Source: Gammaproteobacteria bacterium
Lineage (GTDB): Bacteria > Pseudomonadota > Gammaproteobacteria > SZUA-229
Length of the DNA: 64,000 nt
Assembly: GCA_013041745.1 (NCBI GenBank)
Contig: JABDRN010000080.1
Location: 11,198 to 75,197 of the forward strand
Direction: 5' to 3'
Positions 13,651 through 23,472 of this stretch are shown piece by piece (positions within the stretch are counted from its first letter, which is position 1; every line of letters begins with the position of its first letter). The notes under the pieces were generated by a model. The model had not been told where the DNA came from. It did not search any database and saw only the letters and a list, made by a program, of their open reading frames with translations. Made by a program: the position numbers and the translations under genes.

Positions 13651-15188
13651 GAGAGCACCCCGGGATCTCTTAATGCAAGAATCTCACGTGCAACCCGGCG
13701 ATCATCAAAGGCGATATGTACGTCGCCGACGATCTGGCTAGTCTCATGCCCCTTACCCGCCAGCAACACCACATCACCCGGCTGCGCATTCGAGATAGCG
13801 ATATCGATCGCCTGACGCCTGTCGAGTATCGCCTCGACTTTATCCAATGATGAAAAACCGCTCATCACTTCATCGATGATCGCCTGTGGATCTTCATGAC
13901 GAGGGTTATCCGTAGTCACGATTACCCTGTCGGCGTATTTCTCCGCGACCTTGGCCATCAATGGACGCTTGCTACGATCACGGTCACCGCCACAACCAAA
14001 TACACACCACATCTGACCATCAAAGTGCTCACGTATGGAACGACCGACTGCCGACAACCCCTGCTCGGTATGCGCGTAATCAACGACAACGACTGGCTTT
14101 TCCGGTTCAGTTATGATCTCTACACGGCCATCGACCGAATGGATAGCAGTCAGGCTGCTGGTGGCATGTTCAAGAGTGAACTGACTGACCAGCAGTGTCG
14201 CCAAAACGGCGAGCGCATTGGAAACATTAAATCGGCCCAGCAGAGGTATATCGAAACATGCCTCACCCTTCGGTGTACTAACCGAGAGGTGGTAGCCATG
14301 CTCAAACGGTTTTATCTCAAGCGTATTGACAAAATAATCAGCAAGGTCTCGGTAGCATGAAACATCTTTTTCCAGGCTGTACCCCCAGACACACACATGC
14401 TCTCTAACCTCTTTGGCGAGCTCACGGCCAAACTCATCATCCAGATTGATAACTGCTGCACCCAGACCCGGTGTATAGAACAAACGTTTCTTTGCAGCGG
14501 CATAGTTTTCCAGCGTGCCATGATAATCAAGATGATCGGCCGCCATGTTACTTAGCACTGCCGTGGTAAATGCAACCCCGTTGACACGCCCCTGATCGAG
14601 ACCATGTGATGACACTTCCATGACGACATGCCTGGCACCAGCCTGCTGTATTTCAGCCAGCGTTTTTTGAACTTGCAGAGCATCGACCGTGGTCAGCCCT
14701 GTGGGGTGCAGATCATTGATAAACCCGTTGCCCAGCGTTCCCAGCACTCCACAGTGCACATCATAAGCATCGAGACACTGCGCCAGGAAATGCGCGATAG
14801 ATGTTTTACCGTCTGTCCCAGTGACACCGATGGCGTTGAGCGAAAGCGATGGTTGCTCGTAATAACGTGATGCAATAGGACCGACTTTATATTTCAGATC
14901 ATCACAGTGAATACACAATACCTTATTCGATATCGAATCGAGGATCTCACTGCGATTTTCCAGATCACCATCCCAGAGCACGACGGTTACACCTTTTGCG
15001 ACCGCATCCTGCGCATACAGCAGACCATGAGTGTTGTAACCCTGATGCGCGAAAAACAGGTTGCCGCTGCGAGCTTTTCGATTATCCTGCACCAGTCCGT
15101 TTACCTTGATATCCCGACACTGCTCTACCAGGGCGTCATCGATGAAACCTTCGAGTAAAAAGTCTAATGCGACTTCGTTCTGCATCAT
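13647..15188 (-). CDS. murE: UDP-MurNAc-L-Ala-D-Glu--2,6-diaminopimelate ligase MurE
   Basis: 513 aa with GVTGTDGKTS and TTDNPRHEDP motifs. Confidence 0.96.
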   Translation of the reverse strand: MMQNEVALDFLLEGFIDDALVEQCRDIKVNGLVQDNRKARSGNLFFAHQGYNTHGLLYAQDAVAKGVTVVLWDGDLENRSEILDSISNKVLCIHCDDLKYKVGPIASRYYEQPSLSLNAIGVTGTDGKTSIAHFLAQCLDAYDVHCGVLGTLGNGFINDLHPTGLTTVDALQVQKTLAEIQQAGARHVVMEVSSHGLDQGRVNGVAFTTAVLSNMAADHLDYHGTLENYAAAKKRLFYTPGLGAAVINLDDEFGRELAKEVREHVCVWGYSLEKDVSCYRDLADYFVNTLEIKPFEHGYHLSVSTPKGEACFDIPLLGRFNVSNALAVLATLLVSQFTLEHATSSLTAIHSVDGRVEIITEPEKPVVVVDYAHTEQGLSAVGRSIREHFDGQMWCVFGCGGDRDRSKRPLMAKVAEKYADRVIVTTDNPRHEDPQAIIDEVMSGFSSLDKVEAILDRRQAIDIAISNAQPGDVVLLAGKGHETSQIVGDVHIAFDDRRVAREILALRDPGVLS

Positions 15189-16951
15189 GCCTCGCCGCCC
15201 TCTTTGCTGCTATCACGGGTATTTGTGTCCGCATTCATCAACTGCTCGTTAGATATCCTGTCAGGCGCGATATCCAGCAGGCGCATAGCACCAGACATGA
15301 CCTGGCTGAACACAGGCGCTGCTACCTGACCGCCAAAATGCTCGCCGTTTCGCGGTTCATCTATCATCACCACCATAACCAGTTCCGGTTTGTCTGCGGG
15401 CACCATGCCGGAGAAAATTGACAGGTACCTGTCTTCTGCATAACCGCCGGCGATGAACTTATGAACGGTTCCGGTTTTTCCGGCAACACTGTAATTTGCT
15501 ACGCTGGCACGCTTGCCGGTACCCTTATCAGATATCACACGCTGCATCATCTTGCGAACAGCACGAGCTGTTGCTGCTGACATCACACGTTGCCCTGCAA
15601 CAGCCCCATCTTTGTTTGCATCTTCATCGAGTAGAAAACTCACCGGACGTAAAACACCATCAGCAGCGATGGCAGAGTACGCATGCGCCAACTGCAGTGG
15701 TGTCACCGAGACGCCATAACCGAAGGCCATCGAAGCACGCACAAAGTCATTATTTAATGCATCAAGTGATAACTGGCCACCGGCCTCACCTGGAAAACCA
15801 CTGCCGGTCGTCACACCAAAACCCATCTTTTGATACATCGACCACTGCTCTTCGGCATCGATGGCCAGGGCGATCTTGCTGATACCCACGTTGCTGGATT
15901 TTTCCAGCACACCACCGACATCCAGATCACCATAGTTTTTAGTATCACGGATAGTATTACCTTTGACGCGCATATACCCGGGCGCAGTCTCTACCTTGTA
16001 GAAAGGCTTCCAGCGGCCGCTCTCCAGGGCTGCTGCGATAGTGATAGGCTTCATCGTAGAACCCGGCTCAAAAACATCGGTAACTGCACGGTTCCTGGTC
16101 GCCTGCGGTGTCAGCTGCTTCCTGTCGTTGACGTTAAATGAAGGCTGATTCACCATCGCCAACACTTCACCGGTATTCACATCGAGCACCACTGCTGAAC
16201 CGGCAACCGCGTTATGCTTCAGCACCGCCGCCTTCAATGTACGATAGGTCAGATACTGCAGCCGCTTATCGATACTTAACCTCAATGACTTTCCAGGCTC
16301 AGCAGATTGAATACGCTCGATATCATCAAATGCGCGACCCAGACGATCACGAATGACGCGCTTTTTTCCAGAGCGGCCTTTCAGCCAATCATCATAGGCC
16401 AGCTCAACCCCTTCCTGGCCATTGTCATCGATGTCAGAAAAACCGATAACGTGAGCAGCCACTTCACCACTCGGATAATAACGACGATACTCGTTCAACA
16501 GGGCCACACCAGGCACCTTTAGCGCCATTACTTCATCGGCCAGCTCGGGTGAGGCATGGCGCTTCAGGTATAAAAATTCGCGAGAAGTATTACGTTTGAT
16601 TTTTTCCTTTAAACTTATCGCATCCAGTGACAGCAATTTTGCTACATCGACTATTTCGTCCAAATGATCTTTAGCAACTTTCGGGTTAACCCAGATACTG
16701 TTTACCGGGGCACTCACCGCGAATGGCTCACCATTCCTGTCCACGATATCGCCGCGGTGTGTAGTGATAGATACCGTACGTAACTGGCGCGCATCACCCT
16801 GCTGCTCAAAAAACTCGCTTCGCAGGATCTGCATATCCAGCGTCTTAATCAACAAGGTGGCCGCCAGCATGGTAAAGACCACAACCACTGACAGACGTCG
16901 CCAGCTTGCTAACGGCCTTGTACCCTGCTTATTTTGACGATAACTCTTCAC
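15185..16951 (-). CDS. ftsI: Division-specific class B penicillin-binding protein FtsI (PBP3)
   Basis: 588 aa. N-terminal TM helix, then STMKP (SxxK), SSN and KTGT transpeptidase motifs. Confidence 0.96.
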   Translation of the reverse strand: MKSYRQNKQGTRPLASWRRLSVVVVFTMLAATLLIKTLDMQILRSEFFEQQGDARQLRTVSITTHRGDIVDRNGEPFAVSAPVNSIWVNPKVAKDHLDEIVDVAKLLSLDAISLKEKIKRNTSREFLYLKRHASPELADEVMALKVPGVALLNEYRRYYPSGEVAAHVIGFSDIDDNGQEGVELAYDDWLKGRSGKKRVIRDRLGRAFDDIERIQSAEPGKSLRLSIDKRLQYLTYRTLKAAVLKHNAVAGSAVVLDVNTGEVLAMVNQPSFNVNDRKQLTPQATRNRAVTDVFEPGSTMKPITIAAALESGRWKPFYKVETAPGYMRVKGNTIRDTKNYGDLDVGGVLEKSSNVGISKIALAIDAEEQWSMYQKMGFGVTTGSGFPGEAGGQLSLDALNNDFVRASMAFGYGVSVTPLQLAHAYSAIAADGVLRPVSFLLDEDANKDGAVAGQRVMSAATARAVRKMMQRVISDKGTGKRASVANYSVAGKTGTVHKFIAGGYAEDRYLSIFSGMVPADKPELVMVVMIDEPRNGEHFGGQVAAPVFSQVMSGAMRLLDIAPDRISNEQLMNADTNTRDSSKEGGEA

Positions 16952-17226
16952 TGTTTCACAAATACCACATCATCTGATTCAGGCATCACCATCGATAACT
17001 GTTTTCTAGCAATACGCTCGATACGCCCATGTCCGGACCATGCGCTCTGTTCCAGCTGTAACTGACTCCATTCGGTGTTCAGCGCATCGACCTCATGCCT
17101 GAGCTGCTGCAGCTCGACAAATAGCTTACGGCTCTGATGCTTGCTGTATACCAGCAATATTGCCGACCCCAGGACCAGACTAAATAAAAGTGTGACCACG
17201 ATTAATATGCGCTGCCTTTCATTCAT
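16948..17226 (-). CDS. ftsL: Cell division protein FtsL
   Basis: 92 aa with a single TM helix and a coiled-coil region. Overlaps both neighbours by 4 nt. Conserved slot between rsmH and ftsI. Confidence 0.88.
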   Translation of the reverse strand: MNERQRILIVVTLLFSLVLGSAILLVYSKHQSRKLFVELQQLRHEVDALNTEWSQLQLEQSAWSGHGRIERIARKQLSMVMPESDDVVFVKQ

Positions 17227-18158
17227 ATTCGTCGCTCCAGCACACGCAACCGTGCACTTCTTGCTCTTGGATTCAGTTCCAGCTCTTTCACCCCTGCTAC
17301 CACCGGCTTACCGACCAGGCGAAAGGGTACTTCTATATCTGCTTCCATAACGGGCAAGCCAGCAGGCAACTTAGGCCGACTGGAAATATCCCGCATAAAA
17401 CGTTTAACAATCCTGTCTTCCAGTGAGTGAAAGCTGATCACTGCCAGACGCCCACCCTTCGCCAGAACTGTAACTGCACCCTGCAATCCTTGCTCTATCG
17501 CGCGCAATTCCTGATTCACAAATATACGAATCGCCTGGAAGCTACGCGTCGCAGGATGTTTATTTTTTTCTTTTACTGGAATTGCGTTCGAGATAATCTC
17601 AGCCAGATCACCGGTCTCGGCAATCTCACGCTGCTCGCGTGTTTCTATGATGGCTGTCGCAATCCGTTTGGCGAATTTTTCTTCGCCATATTTTTTGAGA
17701 ACATTTATCAGGTCAGCCAGCTTTACCTTCGCTAACCATTGAGCAGCGGTTACCCCCTGCTCCGTATCCATACGCATATCTAACGGCCCTGACCTCAAGA
17801 AGCTGAATCCACGCTCAGCATCATCAAGCTGTGGCGATGAGACACCAAGGTCCATCAAGATACCATCGATTTTTCCGGTCAGTCCAAATTGTTCAACCAC
17901 GTTCGCCACCTGATTGAAGTTACAGTGTTCTATGGTCAAACGAGGCTCATCGGCAAAATACTCTTCGGCATAAGCTACCGCCTCCGGATCCTGATCTAGC
18001 GCGATCAGCCTTCCCGACTCGTCTAACTGCTGCAAAATGGCACGGCTATGACCACCCCTGCCAAAAGTTGCATCAATGTATATCCCTGAAGGACGAATAT
18101 TTAGCGACTCCAGCGCTTCCTTCAAAAGCACTGACTGGTGATCGAACTCGCTCATCAA
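17223..18158 (-). CDS. rsmH: 16S rRNA (cytosine1402-N4)-methyltransferase RsmH (MraW)
   Basis: 311 aa with HQSVLLKEALE and DATFGRGGHS motifs. Confidence 0.96.
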   Translation of the reverse strand: MMSEFDHQSVLLKEALESLNIRPSGIYIDATFGRGGHSRAILQQLDESGRLIALDQDPEAVAYAEEYFADEPRLTIEHCNFNQVANVVEQFGLTGKIDGILMDLGVSSPQLDDAERGFSFLRSGPLDMRMDTEQGVTAAQWLAKVKLADLINVLKKYGEEKFAKRIATAIIETREQREIAETGDLAEIISNAIPVKEKNKHPATRSFQAIRIFVNQELRAIEQGLQGAVTVLAKGGRLAVISFHSLEDRIVKRFMRDISSRPKLPAGLPVMEADIEVPFRLVGKPVVAGVKELELNPRARSARLRVLERRI

Positions 18159-18161
18159 TAA

Positions 18162-18620
18162 TTAGAGCGATAATTCTTCCAGCGCCGCTGGAAGCTCACC
18201 ATCATCAGATTGAACTGACGTCACCCACTCTTCCTGGCTCTGTGACCAGGTTTCTTCGTCCCATATCTCCAGTTTTTTACCCTGACCGATCAAAACCGCT
18301 TTCTTTTTCAAGCCAGCAAAATCACGCAACATCGCAGGCAGTAAAATACGACCCTGTGCATCCATTTCCAGCTCGGTCGCATGACCGATTAATAAACGTT
18401 GCAACAGGCGCGCCTGTTTGTTTAAGCTAGGTAATTCAATTAATTTACTTTCGATGACTTCCCACTCTGGCAGAGGGTAAACCAGCAGACAATGATCTCG
18501 ATCCACGGTTACAACCAGGCGGCCACCGCAGCCTTCGAGCAGGCGCTCGCGATAGCGCGCAGGCATTGCCATTCTGCCTTTAGCGTCTACTGCTATGTTG
18601 TTAATACCGCGGAAATGCAT
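18162..18620 (-). CDS. mraZ: Transcriptional regulator MraZ
   Basis: 152 aa made of duplicated halves, each with a DAKGR/DAQGR motif. First gene of the dcw cluster. Confidence 0.95.
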   Translation of the reverse strand: MHFRGINNIAVDAKGRMAMPARYRERLLEGCGGRLVVTVDRDHCLLVYPLPEWEVIESKLIELPSLNKQARLLQRLLIGHATELEMDAQGRILLPAMLRDFAGLKKKAVLIGQGKKLEIWDEETWSQSQEEWVTSVQSDDGELPAALEELSL

Positions 18621-18702
18621 TTTTTATTATTGTTTCCTGTTCTTTCAGCGTCGAATCATTCGAAACCGGACCATCCGGGATAGGGAGAGGATTACAGATA
18701 TA

Positions 18703-18727
18703 CCCACAATTCCCCACTTTTTCCCAC
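18703..18727 (-). promoter_or_regulatory. Three direct GTGGG repeats at 10-bp phase (MraZ-type operator)
   Basis: The minus strand reads atGTGGGaaaaaGTGGGgaattGTGGGt. On the plus strand CCCAC starts at 18703, 18713 and 18723. The repeats lie immediately downstream of the predicted Pmra -10. This is the same repeat unit and spacing described for the E. coli MraZ operator. Confidence 0.7.
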
Positions 18728-18735
18728 ATATTCAC

Positions 18736-18765
18736 ACTATAGGTATTCTAACCACCTAATGTCAA
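18736..18765 (-). promoter_or_regulatory. Sigma70-type promoter of the dcw cluster (Pmra)
   Basis: The minus strand reads TTGACA (18765-18760), an 18-nt spacer, then TATAGT (18741-18736). It lies about 115 nt upstream of the mraZ ATG. Confidence 0.7.
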
Positions 18766-19036
18766 GCATTTTTGTATATTCAAATACAGAAAAAACTATA
18801 TCTGACAGCAACTTAGGGCATGTTTAAGAAAACCAGGGAAAGCGTCAACAGGATATGTTTTTTAAATCATCGATTTGATAACTAAAGCTAATAATTTACT
18901 TTAAGTTAGTGCTGTTTCTGCAAAACAGCTAAATGTGAATTTCAGGAAAAGCCAAATAAAATGGTCATCATTCAATCAAAAATTGAATGAATTGTAACCA
19001 ATGATGGCCAGAATCAGACTGCGAAATAATAAAAAA

Positions 19037-19382
19037 GGGAGTCGACCGATAAGCCGGGTTCTGTCGTGGGCAATCATTCATCTGGATAACATGTCGCCAT
19101 GCACCTCAAGCAACCTACCCGGGGACAGCGCGGACCACGCATTATGCCCCCCTATTTGGTCTTGCTCCGAGTGGGGTTTACCATGCCGCAAACGGTTACC
19201 CGTTGCGCGGTGCGCTCTTACCACACCATTTCACCCTTACCAGTCCAAAAGGACTGGCGGTTTATTTTCTGCTGCACTTTCCGTAGGTTCTCACCCCCCA
19301 GGCGTTACCTGGCACTCTGTCCTATGGAGCCCGGACTTTCCTCCCCAGACTGATGTCTGGCGCGATCGCCTGGCCAACTCCC
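19037..19382 (-). ncRNA. rnpB: RNase P RNA, bacterial type A
   Basis: The reverse complement reads GGGAGTTGGCCAGGCGATCGC..GGGGAGGAAAGTCCGGGCTCCATAGGACAGAGTGCCAGGTAACGCCTGGGGG..GGTAAGGGTGAAATGGTGTGGTAAGAGCGCACCGCGC..ACAGAACCCGGCTTATCGGTCGACTCCC. This matches E. coli M1 RNA block by block. The P1 ends pair (GGGAGTTGGCC / GGTCGACTCCC). Confidence 0.94.
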
Positions 19383-19470
19383 AAAGAAGATTTTACACTA
19401 TAAAAGCACGCTGAAGATAAAAGAAGTCGGGAATAGCAACAGCCTTTAGAGTTCTTAAATATAACCCTTA

Positions 19471-20676
19471 TTACTCAATATCTATAACATCGAAATCGAC
19501 CACAGGGTTCACATCCGCATCATAATCGACACCTTGCACACCGAAGCCGAACAGTTTTAGAAATTCATCTTTATAGAGTTTATAGTCAGTCAGCTCTGCC
19601 AGGTTATCATCCGTCAGCTGCGGCCATAACGCTTTGCAGTGTGACTGGATATCCTCACGCAGCTCCCAGTCATCAAGACGCAGACGGTCGTTATCATCAA
19701 CTTCTGCCGCAGCGCCATCGCTCTTGTATAAACGCTGGTGGAACATGCGGTTTATCTGTTCGATACAACCTTCATGAATACCTTCTTCACGCATCTTTTT
19801 AAATGACATGGCGATATACAGAGGCATCACAGGAATAGCAGAACTCGCCTGCGTAACGACACTCTTCAATACTGCGATATTGGCGGAACCATTGATCTTT
19901 TTCATCTCGCTATCGATGGCATGTGCTGCCCTGTCCATGTCTTTCTTTGCTTCACCCAGTGCGCCCTGCCAGTAGATCGGCCAGGTGATCTCGGTACCGA
20001 TATAACTGTAGGCGACGGCTTTGCAGCCATCGGCCAAAGCGTCAGCATCAGACAGCGCCTTCATCCATAACTCCCAATCCTGGCCACCCATCACGGTAAC
20101 CGTGTTGGCAACCTCTTCCTCGGTTGCGGGTTCCACGGTTGCTTCATACAGCGTATCTTTATTGGTGTCGACGGCTGTCGTAGTATAAGGCTCGCCGATG
20201 GGTTTCAGCACCGAGCGCACAACCTCGCCAGAGTCCGGCAGCTTTCTTACCGGTGATGCGAGTGAATAGACCACCATATCGATCTGACCGAGATCCTGCT
20301 TGATCAGTTCGATCGCTTTTGCTTTAGCTGCATCGCTGAAAGCATCACCATTGAGACTCTTCGCATACAGACCAGCTTCATGGGCAAACTTTTCAAATGC
20401 CGCAGAGTTGTACCAGCCTGCAGTACCGGTTTTCTTCTCCGTCGCCGCTTTTTCAAAAAACACACCGATGGTTGATGCACCACAGCCAAAAGCCGCAGTG
20501 ATACGCGATGCCAGGCCATAACCACTCGATGAACCGACTACCAGCACGCGTTTAGGGCCGTCGGTTATCTCTCCCTGTTCCCTGGTATAGGCAATCTGTT
20601 CTTTTACGTTCAGTTCGCATCCGGTCGGATGTGTCGTGGTACAGATAAATCCGCGTATCTTTGGTTTGATGATCAT
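19471..20676 (-). CDS. fabV: Enoyl-ACP reductase FabV (trans-2-enoyl-CoA reductase family)
   Basis: 401 aa. The N-terminus [28 protein letters not shown] and [16 protein letters not shown] are characteristic of FabV. Confidence 0.92.
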   Translation of the reverse strand: MIIKPKIRGFICTTTHPTGCELNVKEQIAYTREQGEITDGPKRVLVVGSSSGYGLASRITAAFGCGASTIGVFFEKAATEKKTGTAGWYNSAAFEKFAHEAGLYAKSLNGDAFSDAAKAKAIELIKQDLGQIDMVVYSLASPVRKLPDSGEVVRSVLKPIGEPYTTTAVDTNKDTLYEATVEPATEEEVANTVTVMGGQDWELWMKALSDADALADGCKAVAYSYIGTEITWPIYWQGALGEAKKDMDRAAHAIDSEMKKINGSANIAVLKSVVTQASSAIPVMPLYIAMSFKKMREEGIHEGCIEQINRMFHQRLYKSDGAAAEVDDNDRLRLDDWELREDIQSHCKALWPQLTDDNLAELTDYKLYKDEFLKLFGFGVQGVDYDADVNPVVDFDVIDIE

Positions 20677-20864
20677 CTTTGGTCCTGAATATTATATTTA
20701 TGTCTTTAACTAGAAGATATTTGCGCCAACGAACACGAGGGCGCAAACCTGAAAGATTCTACCTTATATAAAGAATTATCGAAATCCGGGCATGATACTG
20801 GGCCACAAGCTTATACAAGCCATGGGATACTCCAGACTGGCAGGCTGGTAAACTGCCTACTGAA

Positions 20865-21332
20865 TCAGAAAAGCAAACTATGAACTGTCGCTTCAGGGCC
20901 GGGACGTCGCAACAGACGGCCAAAAAAGCGATTCAATTTATGGTTGCGAGGCAAGAAAGAAAAACAGCACCTTCTGCGGCAATCCAGCTGGGCACAGGCA
21001 CGGTTGAGTTGTTCATTATCAGCATCTATCTTTATGCCATGTCGAATAGCATCAACAGCGCGTTTTCGATTTTGACTCTGCCACTCGGCACAGGCCAGAT
21101 TCAAAAAAACCTCACCCTCAAAAACTTCATTACTGGCCGCATCCCGACATAGTAACAGGCCGTTACTGTTCGAGTTGAGTACCTGCGTCAGACCATAGTA
21201 AGACAACACGCTATTATAATGTTCGTCATGCTCATCAACTGAATCAAGGGCTATCTTAAAAGCACGTTCAGCTGCTTTATAATCCTTCGCCCTGAGTGCA
21301 TCTTTTGCATTTTGATAAGCATCTATATCCAT
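20865..21332 (-). CDS. Hypothetical protein, TPR-like N-terminus and Cys/Arg-rich C-terminus
   Basis: 155-aa ORF in a clean intergenic slot. A helical-repeat-like segment (AKDALRAKDYKAAERAFKIALD). No family recognised. Confidence 0.5.
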   Translation of the reverse strand: MDIDAYQNAKDALRAKDYKAAERAFKIALDSVDEHDEHYNSVLSYYGLTQVLNSNSNGLLLCRDAASNEVFEGEVFLNLACAEWQSQNRKRAVDAIRHGIKIDADNEQLNRACAQLDCRRRCCFSFLPRNHKLNRFFGRLLRRPGPEATVHSLLF

Positions 21333-21469
21333 AAATACTACTCCGCCTGTAGCCTTGCTTAAATTAATATCGAAATTACGATGCTGATTGATGAGTATTT
21401 CTTACAACCGGTCAAACTATCAGTTAGGCTACACCGATTGACAAGAAATTTCCATATCAAAGGATTTAC

Positions 21470-22369
21470 ATGAGCTGGCTGCAGATTTCGATCAACACCA
21501 CTAAAAACAATACTGAAACAGCAGAAGACTGCTTATTCTCAGCAGGAGCACAGACGGTGACATTAACCGACGCTGCCGATCAGCCGATCCTGGAACCCGG
21601 TCCCGAAGAGACCCCGGTGTGGAACGACGTCATCATCACCGGCCTTTTCAGTTTTGATGGAAAGCAGCAGACAATACTCGATCATATCGCTCAGTGTCTT
21701 ATCGGCGTTGATTTCAGCTGCGAGACACAAATCCTTGAAGACCAGAACTGGACACGCGCCTGGATGGATCATTTTCATGCCATGCAGTTTGGCCAGCGCT
21801 TATGGGTATGCCCGCTGCATATAGACCCACCCGAACCCGAGGCAGTCAACCTGCGCCTGGATCCGGGCCTGGCCTTTGGCACCGGAACTCACCCAACGAC
21901 ATCGCTCTGTCTGCGTTGGCTAGACCAGAACATCCAGGCCCACACAGAGCAGAGCACCCTTCTGGATTATGGCTGCGGCTCTGGCATACTGGCAATTGCC
22001 GCCTGTTTGCTCGGTGTAGATCATGCCGATGGCGTCGATATCGACCCGCAGGCACTGACAGCCACGCATGATAACGCAGAAACAAACAGGGTCAGGGATA
22101 AGATAAAAACATTCCTACCCGATGCGTACCAGAAACAGCATGCAGACACACAGTACGATATCGTTGCCGCTAACATACTCAGCGGCCCACTGGCCGAACT
22201 TGCACCGATATTAGCCGGTCACACAAAACCTGGCGGTGATATTGTGTTATCCGGTATCTTGAGAGAACAGGCAGGAGTATTGATAGAAACCTATGGCAAG
22301 TTTTTCGCTATGGATGACCCGGTATTTGAAGAAGACTGGGTTTTATTGCATGGTATAAAGAAGCAATGA
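21470..22369 (+). CDS. prmA: Ribosomal protein L11 methyltransferase PrmA
   Basis: 299 aa. LDPGLAFGTGTHPTT and LLDYGCGSGILAIA SAM-MTase motifs, with the PrmA N-terminal domain. Confidence 0.93.
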   Translation: MSWLQISINTTKNNTETAEDCLFSAGAQTVTLTDAADQPILEPGPEETPVWNDVIITGLFSFDGKQQTILDHIAQCLIGVDFSCETQILEDQNWTRAWMDHFHAMQFGQRLWVCPLHIDPPEPEAVNLRLDPGLAFGTGTHPTTSLCLRWLDQNIQAHTEQSTLLDYGCGSGILAIAACLLGVDHADGVDIDPQALTATHDNAETNRVRDKIKTFLPDAYQKQHADTQYDIVAANILSGPLAELAPILAGHTKPGGDIVLSGILREQAGVLIETYGKFFAMDDPVFEEDWVLLHGIKKQ

Positions 22370-22548
22370 CTTGCGTCATGAATGACTGCCCTGAGCTACC
22401 AACGATCATTGTCAATTACAGATTCTTGTTGCATAACACCCTGTATCCAACAGTGATACCACGCTGTCAAACCCGGTTAACCGAACTGCCAGATCTACCC
22501 GAATCACGGAGTTTTGTGGCGCTATCTATCTAACTGTCAGGAGCCAAA

Positions 22549-23133
22549 GTGTCAAAAGATATAACAGCAATTACTGATTATCTACTCGAGCTCGATGCAT
22601 TAAAGCTGGTTAATCGTCGCACTTATATCGAACACGGTCTTCGCAAAGAAAATTCGGCGGAGCATTCCTGGCATCTGGCCATGGCGTGCTGGTCGATAGC
22701 AAGAAGCTTCGCAATCGACGTATCCGAAGAGAAACTTATAAAACTTGCTCTGGTCCACGATCTCGGCGAGATCGACGCAGGCGATACTTTTCTTTACTCA
22801 AAAGACAGAGATACAGCACATACCGCTGAGCGGGACTGCGTGTTGCGCCTGGAATGCCATTCCGGTAATTCTATCTCTGAACTTTCAGTGTTGTGGGAAG
22901 AGCAAGAGAATGGTGAAAGCATAGAAACCAGACTGCTTAAAACTGTTGATAGGCTATTACCATTTCTTCACAATATCTCGAGTCACGGAAAAACCTGGAA
23001 AGAGTTAAATATCAGCAGGTCACAAGTGTTAAAGGCGCATGCTTTCATCGCAGATGATTTTCCAGAGATCCACTCCTGGATGCTTGACAAGATTGAAATC
23101 GCAGTAACGGAAGGCTGGTTAAATGACTGCTAA
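22549..23133 (+). CDS. HD-domain phosphohydrolase (YfbR-like 5'-deoxynucleotidase family)
   Basis: 194 aa with a GTG start. ENSAEHSWH and ALVHDLGEIDAGD metal-binding motifs. Confidence 0.8.
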   Translation: MSKDITAITDYLLELDALKLVNRRTYIEHGLRKENSAEHSWHLAMACWSIARSFAIDVSEEKLIKLALVHDLGEIDAGDTFLYSKDRDTAHTAERDCVLRLECHSGNSISELSVLWEEQENGESIETRLLKTVDRLLPFLHNISSHGKTWKELNISRSQVLKAHAFIADDFPEIHSWMLDKIEIAVTEGWLNDC

Positions 23134-23472
23134 AATATTGCTCGTATAGAACGACTGCTTTACTGCGCCACTACACGATCCTTACCATATACGGTAAAAA
23201 GCAAATATGGAATAGTCGTTTAAAAAGACCAAGCCGCTCTATCACAAGCTGAACGAGGAACACAGAGTTATCGGCTGTGATGGTGTGTGCTACCGGGATT
23301 TCTATCTTGCTATACGGATTCGGGATCAACTTTGCCTGGTATTGATGACATGGAGGTCTCATATATCTAGATGCTCGAATCCATGTTTTGAGATAGCACC
23401 CGACCCATAACTCAAACAAATCGATATGGCTGATATCGAATAGCAGCGATACAGCTTATGATCACACTGCTA

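Noticed and set aside
19001-19414. 137-aa and 84-aa plus-strand ORFs (the second at 19099-19353).
   Set aside because: They lie exactly antisense to the RNase P RNA gene. The region is explained by rnpB.
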